From: Roseiflexaceae bacterium
GTDB taxonomy: Bacteria > Chloroflexota > Chloroflexia > Chloroflexales > Roseiflexaceae
NCBI GenBank assembly: GCA_040396955.1
Contig: JBBAWX010000006.1
Span: 67,257 to 131,256, forward strand
Direction of reading: 5' to 3'
Length of the DNA: 64,000 nucleotides
The notes beneath the pieces were generated by a model. That model had not been told where the DNA came from, ran no database searches, and worked only from the letters and a program-made list of their open reading frames with translations. Position 1 is the first letter of the stretch, and every line of letters starts with the position of its first letter. Position numbers and translations under genes: made by a program. Of the stretch, positions 30,301 to 36,953 are shown one piece after another.

Positions 30301-30637
30301 TGACACCTGGAATGGGCGCGTACAATTCTTTGCGAGCGATGGCAATGCACAAATCAACCCGTACCCCATCCAAAGTTGGCGCGTCAACGGGTGGCAGGCT
30401 CAGACCTACGACGACCCCTACATCGCATTCAGCGACGGGCAAGTTCTCGCGTCAGTGCCCAAACGGAACGTGGTCGCAGCAGGTGGCATTACCGGTGAAG
30501 AAACCCTGCGCTGGGGTGGTGCCGGGAGTGATACGGCGTCGTTCATTGAGCCAAGTGGCGTAGCCTTTGGGCCGGATGGACGCGCCTACGTCATCGATCG
30601 TGGCAATTTGCGCATCATGGTCTTTACGTTGCCCTAA
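27368..30637 (+). CDS. TIGR03663-type GT-C-like membrane protein fused to a C-terminal NHL-repeat beta-propeller
   Basis: 1089 aa. Its start overlaps the previous stop (TAATG). HHDESIHAW / YDPVYHGPSLY motifs, more than 12 TM segments and a Ser/Thr linker (GGSGSTASTSTSTT). Then 5-6 NHL-type repeats from about 29765 (GIAVGKDGTVVVADSDTHQIFIF; GVAIDDSGNIFVADTWNARVVKL; GVAVDAQGNVYVTDTGNKRVVV; GIAVDGDGTVAVGDTWNGRVQFF; GVAFGPDGRAYVIDRGNLRIMVF). Confidence 0.7.
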   Translation: MTAVGERMSDQTSTTTNRSATPDSPTLTSWLSWEGLAFALIVCASVLVHLARLDVMAMHHDESIHAWLSWRFFTGTGGFTCAGGRVADTYCYDPVYHGPSLYIFTIISYFLFGDGDWQSRLPQAIAGIGLTLSVAWLRPYFGQRGVLLAMVGITLTAVLLYFTRFARHDGLMVLWVLWVVIGFFRYLDDGQPRWLWLMAAGIGLAISTHELYYIIGFLFAWFLGLRIVSEYWPVRYSRLTLLGLIGASLVVEALILSGVWSGQLTPSLNAGGIAVVLFFVAMTSLMVQQLWDATPVVVPFALDKWRHHRQELFVAMGITAGIFVLLYGNFFADPRGILDGMYQGLAYWLGSQQSFARGDQPWYYYLMIMGINEPLALFGGVSIVIAGAVAAVRNWQAQQAGNVVARLGLFPVFLVYWFVGALVFFSWAGEKMPWLTAHITLPGNLLVVWGVVQVVRAIQISNRHFWWIIPGAAILALMSLAVAVVQLSSGIGSVQGVFPLIAAAGFIYVVLHYSDVVGREHTARLALLSVVIVLAAYGVRASWLANFDAPDTARDPIVYTQTSPDVPRMVRDITELAINQTRNQRTANDTAGGLSMPIMLDIGGTDGGLAWPFQWYFRDMLRMENRSGDFFAEVTPDSFLVDAPDASQQILVPVVMVYTPNMTENTRSVLEQNYVKLYDGQLNWWFPEGDKCTPTSPGYKRFYYSTLIALKAGNDCPSLDTTQLPTLLAPIIWPFDPSHWQETWRYLMYRELPADLSISGRAMEVWVRSDLAGGSGSTASTSTSTTYKLVASTSFSDGEMLAPRGIAVGKDGTVVVADSDTHQIFIFNSDGTVRQKIGTRGNRPNEFNEPRGVAIDDSGNIFVADTWNARVVKLSPQGEWLGSWGSGTQDFGDGRVASVTDGTLAGNQADPLGFFGPRGVAVDAQGNVYVTDTGNKRVVVTDNDGTYLYQWGEAGSAPGQFNEPIGIAVDGDGTVAVGDTWNGRVQFFASDGNAQINPYPIQSWRVNGWQAQTYDDPYIAFSDGQVLASVPKRNVVAAGGITGEETLRWGGAGSDTASFIEPSGVAFGPDGRAYVIDRGNLRIMVFTLP

Positions 30638-30650
30638 GCAAAAACGGCAG

Positions 30651-31694
30651 TCACACCGACCACTCCGAATCGGGAGTGGTCGGTGTTTTTTTGGCAAACA
30701 CGAACTGCAATAACCGCGTCATCCCATCAAAAATCTCTTGGCGTTCAGCGCCCTCTGGAGATTCGCTGACAACCTGTTCAATCCACTCGTAGATGTCTTC
30801 GAGCACCCGACGTTCCTGATAAAAACGCAAGCGCTGAGCATCGACGGGAGTCTCCCCACAGATGCGTTGATAGGCGGCATACCACTGTGGCCAGTGTGGT
30901 TCATCCCAGACAAACATGAAATCATGCTCGGGCGGAGCAAGCTTGAGCCCCTCAATATCGAGGAGCACGGTTTGATCGGCATCAACGAGCATGTTCATAC
31001 AGTGAATGTCCGTGTGACACAGCACCAATGGCACTACCTGGTGTTGAAGCTGTGCCGCCACAGCACCAAAGCGGGCATGCATCTGCCGGAGGGCGGTACG
31101 ATACGGCGCCACGACGGCGTGCAAATCACCGGCAAGCTGACCCCACCCAGACCCAAGATAGGCGGCCAACGAAGCATCCCAGCGCGCACTGAAATCTTCG
31201 CGTTCGACGTGTGCCGGCCATGGGACCTGCGACGTGCTCCGGTGGAGCCAGGCAATGGTGGTAGCAAGATGTTCGACGTGTGTGGCAGACAACGGTTGCG
31301 CACACGGCATGACGCCTTGCCAGTAATCGAAAGCCACACACACGAAACGGCCCATGTCGACGGTGAACGTCCCCGCCGTGGTGGCAAATGGAGCCGTCAT
31401 GCGCCCACGCAGAGGAGTATGGGCGACTGCCCAGGCACTCACCGGCAGCGCAAATTCGTTGGAGCGAAGCATGCGCGCCGTGATGGCCCGTTCACGATCG
31501 TAACATTTGACAAATGCCTGATGTGCGTCGACTTCGAGCAAAAATGCTTGAGCCACAAATCCGCTTTGGAGTGCGGTAATCCGCACTTCAGCACCATGCC
31601 AGCCCAACGCGGCCGGCATGTATGTCACCGCATCGTATGCGGTAGGTGGTTGGTGCATCATCACGCAGGCGCTCCCTCTTATCCCCCACTTCAC
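30651..31694 (-). CDS. APH/choline-kinase-like phosphotransferase
   Basis: 347 aa. Catalytic-loop motif CHTDIHCMNMLVD (HxDxxxxN) and LLDIEG metal-binding motif. Start is uncertain (GTG 31694 or ATG 31661). Confidence 0.7.
   Translation of the reverse strand: MKWGIRGSACVMMHQPPTAYDAVTYMPAALGWHGAEVRITALQSGFVAQAFLLEVDAHQAFVKCYDRERAITARMLRSNEFALPVSAWAVAHTPLRGRMTAPFATTAGTFTVDMGRFVCVAFDYWQGVMPCAQPLSATHVEHLATTIAWLHRSTSQVPWPAHVEREDFSARWDASLAAYLGSGWGQLAGDLHAVVAPYRTALRQMHARFGAVAAQLQHQVVPLVLCHTDIHCMNMLVDADQTVLLDIEGLKLAPPEHDFMFVWDEPHWPQWYAAYQRICGETPVDAQRLRFYQERRVLEDIYEWIEQVVSESPEGAERQEIFDGMTRLLQFVFAKKTPTTPDSEWSV
30653..30692 (+). terminator. intrinsic terminator of the GT-C/NHL gene
   Basis: 14-bp stem ACACCGACCACTCC (30653-30666) / GGAGTGGTCGGTGT (30673-30686), 6-nt loop, then a T7 run (30686-30692). 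It lies inside the last ~14 codons of the convergent minus-strand ORF. Confidence 0.7.
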
Positions 31695-31700
31695 CGTGAT

Positions 31701-32117
31701 TTATGGTGTCAAACGCATGCGTGTAAAACGCGGTTGAAAGCCGAGTGCCTGCCAAAATGCGGCTCCGGCTTGATTCCACACCAGCACGTCAAGTTCAAGC
31801 GTCCCGCCCCCCAACAGATGATGCAGGGCTGCAAAGGCCTGACGGCCGAATCCGTGACGGCGGTAGGTGGCGAGTATCAAAAACTGGCGCACATACGGGG
31901 GATCGCTCTGCATATGCACCAGCGCATACCCACACACGGTGTCTCCCTGGACAAACAGCCATGCGCGGTAGCCAGATGTGAGGAATCCGGTCATGCGGGT
32001 GCACAACTGCTGCTCATCCATCGGGTTATCGGAGCCCTCATCAACGATGAGCTGACGATTGAGTTGCGCCAACAGCGGGCAATCTGCGAGTGTCGCCTCG
32101 CGAACATCACACGTCAT
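31701..32117 (-). CDS. GNAT-family N-acetyltransferase
   Basis: 138 aa. Acetyl-CoA motif A RRHGFGRQAF. ATGA overlap with the upstream methyltransferase stop. Confidence 0.8.
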   Translation of the reverse strand: MTCDVREATLADCPLLAQLNRQLIVDEGSDNPMDEQQLCTRMTGFLTSGYRAWLFVQGDTVCGYALVHMQSDPPYVRQFLILATYRRHGFGRQAFAALHHLLGGGTLELDVLVWNQAGAAFWQALGFQPRFTRMRLTP

Positions 32118-33370
32118 GCCTGCCGCTCCAGCGTGACCACGCTTTCAATGTGTGCGGTCTGCGGGAAGCAATCGACACAGGCGATGCGGGTTATCACATA
32201 TCCAACCCCTTGGAGTGCCTGCACATCACGGGCCAGTGTACCAGGGTGACACGACACATAGACGACACGTTGCGGGGCTAAACGCTCAATGCCCACGATG
32301 ACATCAGGATGCAACCCACGACGGGGTGGATCAAGCACAATGGCATCAATGTCGTAGAGGTGGAGCAACCCTTTTTCGACTGGCTCTGCGATCCACTCCA
32401 CATTCTCAAAACCGTTATTCCAGGCGTTGTGTTGCCCATTAGCAACCGCTGGTGCATATTCTTCGATGCCGATGACACGCAGGCTCCGCTGTGCGAGCGG
32501 CAGGGTAAACGTACCTGCACCACAATAGGCATCGACCACCCGTTGCCCCGATGTATCGCCAATCGTAGTTTGTACTTCGTGCCACAAGGCGGTGGCAGCG
32601 GCCTGGGATACCTGGAAAAAGGTGGTCGGGCCGAGATCGAGGCGAATCCCGGCATGGAGCTCGGAGATCGTGGCCGCTCCTTCGTAGTTTCCCCACGGCA
32701 TACGCACACCGACCACGGCAGGCTGAAGCGGTTGCCACGCCTCCCAGACTGCAATCGCCACACGATTCGGCAAATCGTCGAAGGCGGCAACCACGGTGCC
32801 ATTGGCCTCACTCATGCGTAACCAGGCGGTCCACACTGTGCGCGGCGGCGGTGGATGTGCTGCTACCGCCTGGCGGAGCGTATGGATGGCGGCCTGCAAG
32901 GTGGGGTGCAACAAGGGGTCATCGTCGACCACGGTCACGTGGGCACTCCCATCGGCCTTGTACCCGAGATAGGCGCCGTAGCCGTGCAACCGCGCACTAT
33001 TGCGGTAGTGCCAGGGAGCTGAGCCTGGTATCTGCTGTACTGCAGGCAATGAAGTCAGTTTGCCGATGCGTTGCAACTGCTCCACTAAAATCTGTCGTTT
33101 GAATTCGACCTGAGCAGTATGTGCGATATGTTGCCACTCCATGTGCGGTGCATTGGCGAGCCGAGGTGCAACGCGCTCTGGTGCGGCGACAAGTACCTCG
33201 ACGACATCAGCGCGAGCAAATGAACTCGTAACCTGACGCAGACGCGCCCGTACGTGCTCACCTGGCAAGGCGCCTTGAACAAAGACAGCCAGACCATCGA
33301 GACGGGCGACAGCGTCGCCCCCCTGTGCCATGGCATGCGGATGGAGCTCTACTTCGGTGTTTGTTTGCAT
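32114..33370 (-). CDS. 23S rRNA (uracil-5-)-methyltransferase RumA/RlmD-like (TRAM + class I SAM MTase)
   Basis: 418 aa from ATG 33370. TRAM-like N-terminus (GGDAVARLDGLAVFVQGALPGEHVRARL), SAM motif DAYCGAGTFTLPLA, DPPRRG, and catalytic-Cys segment VYVSCHPGTLARD. The ORF-track start at 33622 is a run-on into murJ. Confidence 0.8.
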   Translation of the reverse strand: MQTNTEVELHPHAMAQGGDAVARLDGLAVFVQGALPGEHVRARLRQVTSSFARADVVEVLVAAPERVAPRLANAPHMEWQHIAHTAQVEFKRQILVEQLQRIGKLTSLPAVQQIPGSAPWHYRNSARLHGYGAYLGYKADGSAHVTVVDDDPLLHPTLQAAIHTLRQAVAAHPPPPRTVWTAWLRMSEANGTVVAAFDDLPNRVAIAVWEAWQPLQPAVVGVRMPWGNYEGAATISELHAGIRLDLGPTTFFQVSQAAATALWHEVQTTIGDTSGQRVVDAYCGAGTFTLPLAQRSLRVIGIEEYAPAVANGQHNAWNNGFENVEWIAEPVEKGLLHLYDIDAIVLDPPRRGLHPDVIVGIERLAPQRVVYVSCHPGTLARDVQALQGVGYVITRIACVDCFPQTAHIESVVTLERQA

Positions 33371-34716
33371 TCGTTCCTCAATTGATGCAGACGTCGCCAG
33401 ACCATGCCCAGCAACAATGCAGTTTCGCCATAACAAGTCGCCACGTGGGCGATGGGCACGGCGACGATGCCCCAGCCGAGACCCCAACCGTTGAGCACCG
33501 CCCATTTCACAGACAACTGGGTGACATTCGTGGCCAGCGGTGTGTGCGTGTCGTGCATGGCATTGAGCATGCGTGACGAAAGCTCGGTAAGCACAAAGGC
33601 CGGTAAGCCCAAGATATACCATTGTAACACTGCAAAGGTGCGGTCGCCGGCCGCCTGGTCAAAAGCGCCACGTTCGAGGATGAGTGCGATGCCGGCGCGT
33701 CCTGCCACCAACAGTACCAATATGACCGGCAGGGTGAGCAACACTGCAATGACGGCCACCCGCACAAAGGTGCGCCGCGCCGTCACGAGATCACGAGTCG
33801 CAATGGCATGTGCAAACTGGGGAAAGGCGGCTTGCCCAATGGCAGAGCCTATCAAACGCACCGGCATGTCGGCCAATAACCACGCACTGTAGATGGCGGC
33901 CACCGTGGTCACACCGATACGCGTAGCAAACGACGTGTCGATGATACTTCCGGCGTAGTTGACCGTGACCGACAATGCCGTTGGCGCTGCCAGCCACAAG
34001 GCGCGCCGGAGCATGGGGTGGTGCACATCCCACTGCCAGCGCAGTGAGCCGTTGAGCCAGTGGAGCCCAAGCCAGACAATGCCTACTTTGAGCACCGCGG
34101 CCATCAACAACCCGATGGTAGGACCGTAGATGCCGATGGCGGGCCAATACCAGGCCGCACCAATCCCCAGCAGAATCGTCATGTTGTGGGAGACATAGGC
34201 CAGTGCAATCAACGCAAATCGCCGCTCAACGGTCAACAAGGCACCAATGATACTTGCAAGCGCCAACAACAGCGGTTGAAACAACAAGATGCGCGTGAGT
34301 GTGGTGGTACGAGCTTGTAATGCGGGGTCTGCTGCCGGCATCAACACGACGCGCACAAACCAGTCGGTGGCCAAGATACCCACCACTGTGGTTACTGCCA
34401 CCCCAACCATGGTCACACTAGCGATGACGTTGAGCAGGCGTTGTTGCGCAGTGCGATCCGGTAATTCTACCAACAGCGGCACGAGAGCGGCCACCAGCGC
34501 GCCACCAGCGACGAGGTTGATGAGTGTTTCGGGGAGACGAGCCGCCGCATAGTAGGCAGCGATTTCGCTACCATCGCCGAAGGTGGCACCGAGCAAGATT
34601 TGGCGTACCATGCCCAAACCGGCCGACAACGCGAAAGCGGCGGCCATAATGACCGCCGCAGACCGGATGGGGTATGCGCGTAGTAACCAAGGCTGCACCA
34701 AAGCCCACCAACGCAT
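33349..34716 (-). CDS. murJ: lipid II flippase MurJ/MviN
   Basis: 455 aa from ATG 34716, about 14 TM segments. N-terminal RQILLGATFGDGSEIAAYYAAARLPETL matches the MurJ signature region. The 3' end overlaps the rumA-like start by 22 nt. Confidence 0.8.
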   Translation of the reverse strand: MRWWALVQPWLLRAYPIRSAAVIMAAAFALSAGLGMVRQILLGATFGDGSEIAAYYAAARLPETLINLVAGGALVAALVPLLVELPDRTAQQRLLNVIASVTMVGVAVTTVVGILATDWFVRVVLMPAADPALQARTTTLTRILLFQPLLLALASIIGALLTVERRFALIALAYVSHNMTILLGIGAAWYWPAIGIYGPTIGLLMAAVLKVGIVWLGLHWLNGSLRWQWDVHHPMLRRALWLAAPTALSVTVNYAGSIIDTSFATRIGVTTVAAIYSAWLLADMPVRLIGSAIGQAAFPQFAHAIATRDLVTARRTFVRVAVIAVLLTLPVILVLLVAGRAGIALILERGAFDQAAGDRTFAVLQWYILGLPAFVLTELSSRMLNAMHDTHTPLATNVTQLSVKWAVLNGWGLGWGIVAVPIAHVATCYGETALLLGMVWRRLHQLRNECKQTPK

Positions 34717-34723
34717 GACTCTC

Positions 34724-36079
34724 TTACCCACGGATAATGGCAAGGACTTCGTCGCGTCGTCCCGCCATCGTGGCCGCATCCATGGCTTCCAAATTCAGCC
34801 GGATGAGGGGCTCCGTGTTGGAGGTACGCACATTGAAGTGCCAATCAGTGTAGATGACCGACAACCCGTCGCGGGTCTCGATGGTAGCATCGTGATAGCG
34901 CGCTCTGAGGGCAGCCAACACTGCCGCAGAATCCGCCACCCGCGAGTTAATCTCACCCGAAATGAAGTACTTCGATTCGATGGGTGCCAACAAAGCCGAC
35001 AGCGTGGTCTGCTCACGTGCCAACATTTCGACCGTCAGCAACGAGGGGAGGAGCCCGGAATCCGCAAAAAAGAAATCCTTGAAGTAGTAGTGACCCGTCA
35101 CTTCACCGCCAAACAGCACATCTTCGTCGGCCATGCGCCGCTTGATGAATGCGTGCCCAACGCGCTCTTCGAGCGGTACGCCACCAGCAGCCGCAACCAA
35201 CTGCGGTACCGCCCATGAGGCACGCACATCGTAGACGATTTTGGCACCGGGTGCACGTTTGAGGAGATAACGCGCCAAGATGGCGGTAAAGAAATCACCA
35301 GCCACGAAGCGTCCTTGGTCGTCGATGGCAAAAAAGCGGTCACCATCGCCGTCGAAGGCGAAGCCGGCGAGGGCTTTTTCACTGATAACGCGTTGCTCGA
35401 GCTCTGCACGGTTTTCGGGTTGCAACGGGTCGAGCCCGTGGTTGGGGAGTGAGCCATCGGGATTCAAGTAGAGGCCGACCAAATTGACGGGCAGGCGTTG
35501 GTAGACGCGCTCCAAAATGGGTCCAACCGTACCATTGCCCGTGTCGGCCACAAAGGTCATGGGGCCGGCTTGAGCGATGACGTCGAGATCAATGAGCCCG
35601 AGCATGTGGGAGATAAACCCTTCGGAGAGATCGATGCTCCGGCGCGAGCCGGTGCGCCCTGGGGTGGCGTAGGCGTCGGTCTGCACGATGTGGCGCAAAT
35701 CGGCGATACCTTCGTTGCCACTGAGCAAATAGGGCATCTTGCGCACCATCTTGAAGCCGTTGTACTCTTTGGGGTTGTGCGACGCTGTCACCATCATACC
35801 GGGCAGGCCGAGTTGTGCACACGCATAATAAAACTGATCGGTACTGACCAAACCAATTTCGATGACATCAGCTCCCTGATCGATGAGACCTTGCGTCACT
35901 GCGGCAAACAAACTCGGGCCAGAGAGGCGCATATCGTGCCCGACAATGACTTGACTGGCGTTGAGGTAGGTAGCAAAGGCCCGGCCAATGGCATACGCGC
36001 CGTCTTCGTTGAGCTCGGTCGGATAAATGCCACGGATGTCGTAGGCCTTGAAAATGCCAGGATTGATTTGCATGGGCAC
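34724..36079 (-). CDS. phosphomannomutase/phosphoglucomutase
   Basis: 451 aa. FKAYDIRG, active-site TASHNPKEYNGFK, Mg-binding FDGDGDRFF, and GGEVTGHYYF sugar-binding loop. Confidence 0.9.
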   Translation of the reverse strand: MPMQINPGIFKAYDIRGIYPTELNEDGAYAIGRAFATYLNASQVIVGHDMRLSGPSLFAAVTQGLIDQGADVIEIGLVSTDQFYYACAQLGLPGMMVTASHNPKEYNGFKMVRKMPYLLSGNEGIADLRHIVQTDAYATPGRTGSRRSIDLSEGFISHMLGLIDLDVIAQAGPMTFVADTGNGTVGPILERVYQRLPVNLVGLYLNPDGSLPNHGLDPLQPENRAELEQRVISEKALAGFAFDGDGDRFFAIDDQGRFVAGDFFTAILARYLLKRAPGAKIVYDVRASWAVPQLVAAAGGVPLEERVGHAFIKRRMADEDVLFGGEVTGHYYFKDFFFADSGLLPSLLTVEMLAREQTTLSALLAPIESKYFISGEINSRVADSAAVLAALRARYHDATIETRDGLSVIYTDWHFNVRTSNTEPLIRLNLEAMDAATMAGRRDEVLAIIRG

Positions 36080-36141
36080 ACTCCCACTATTGCATAGAAT
36101 CTGTTGGTATTATAATACACTGCACTCGAGTGGCACGGGAT

Positions 36142-36170
36142 TTGACAAGCACGACAAAATACCGTATAGT
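36142..36170 (+). promoter_or_regulatory. near-consensus sigma-70 promoter
   Basis: TTGACA (36142-36147), exactly 17 nt, TATAGT (36165-36170). The only near-perfect -35/-10 pair I found in the window. Confidence 0.55.
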
Positions 36171-36176
36171 GCAGGC

Positions 36177-36330
36177 AGATTTTTCACTGTGGGTACGTCA
36201 TCTATGATGTTTGTTTTTGTGAAGAAGCAGGATAAGCGCGCAAAGCAGCCGGCCAAACGGTCTGGTTGAGCATGCTTGTTTGTTGATACACAAGCCCGCT
36301 TCACCAGACCGGTGAAGCGGGCTTCTTGTG
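36177..36330 (+). promoter_or_regulatory. candidate leader/attenuator: 21-codon Lys-rich uORF plus terminator/antiterminator hairpins
   Basis: uORF at 36204-36269 (MMFVFVKKQDKRAKQPAKRSG). 14-bp hairpin 36292-36305/36311-36324. CGGTCTGGT (36258-36266) is the exact complement of ACCAGACCG (36303-36311). See findings. Confidence 0.4.
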
Positions 36331-36368
36331 GTCTGTGCCAATGACATTTGCCGAGAAAGGCACCTCAG

Positions 36369-36953
36369 ATGGATGCGTTGCTCCGCGGTCTCACATTTGG
36401 ATTTCTCATTGCCATGCCGGTTGGTCCGATTGGGCTATTGTGTATCCGGCGCTCATTGGCGTACGGCTGGCGAGCTGGCTTCGTATCGGGGCTTGGTGCG
36501 GCCACCGCCGACACCGTCTACGGGATGCTCGCAGCTGCCGGATTGACATTTTTGAGCACGCTCCAGCGTCCTGCCGCCCTTGTGGGCGGTTTTTTGTTGC
36601 TCATCATGGCCTGGCAAACAGCGACGAGCGTGCCCACCCAAGCCGCCACGGTCAAATCGAGCAATTTGTACCTCTCCACGTTGGCACTGACCATCACCAA
36701 CCCGGCCACCATCATCGTCTTTCTCGGGCTGTTTGCGGGTGCAAGTGGCATCGCACACACGCAGGGGAGTGCACTCTGGTTGCTCGTGCTCGGGGTTGGG
36801 CTTGGATCAGCAGCCTGGTGGCTCGTTTTGGCTGCCCTGACCGGTTGGGTGGGGCGTGGCATCAACGAGCGCGCCATGATCTGGATCAATCGCTTGTCGG
36901 GAGTCATCATCGGCGCATTCGGCGTCGTTGCCATAGGGAGTTTTTTCGCATGA
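36369..36953 (+). CDS. LysE/RhtB-family amino-acid exporter
   Basis: 194 aa from ATG 36369. MDALLRGLTFGFLIAMPVGPIG N-terminus is typical of the LysE family. Six hydrophobic segments. Confidence 0.8.
   Translation: MDALLRGLTFGFLIAMPVGPIGLLCIRRSLAYGWRAGFVSGLGAATADTVYGMLAAAGLTFLSTLQRPAALVGGFLLLIMAWQTATSVPTQAATVKSSNLYLSTLALTITNPATIIVFLGLFAGASGIAHTQGSALWLLVLGVGLGSAAWWLVLAALTGWVGRGINERAMIWINRLSGVIIGAFGVVAIGSFFA

Noticed and set aside
30651-32117. APH-like kinase plus GNAT as an antibiotic-resistance cassette or a GNAT toxin-antitoxin pair
   Set aside because: There are no mobile-element context, no small RHH/HTH antitoxin ORF and no compositional break. The genes are embedded by overlaps in a housekeeping operon. 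Family membership alone does not support a resistance or TA call.
30738-32249. 503-aa + strand ORF spanning three minus-strand genes
   Set aside because: It runs antisense across the APH-like, GNAT and rumA-like genes, all of which carry clear family motifs. The product is Arg/His/Gly/Cys-rich low-complexity sequence with no motif. Long stop-free antisense frames are expected in GC-rich coding DNA.
33371-33622. 84-codon N-terminal extension of the rumA-like ORF (and the similar 29-codon extension of dnaG at 16310-16396)
   Set aside because: The extensions overlap the preceding genes (murJ and the dGTPase-like gene) and are Arg/His-rich. Family homology starts at internal ATGs (33370 and 16397).
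36177-36340. Known riboswitch (lysine L-box or SAM box) in the lysE-metB leader
   Set aside because: I could not find the conserved L-box or SAM-I/SAM-II core sequences by eye. The element looks like a peptide-dependent attenuator instead, and is reported as such. A cmscan is still needed to be sure.
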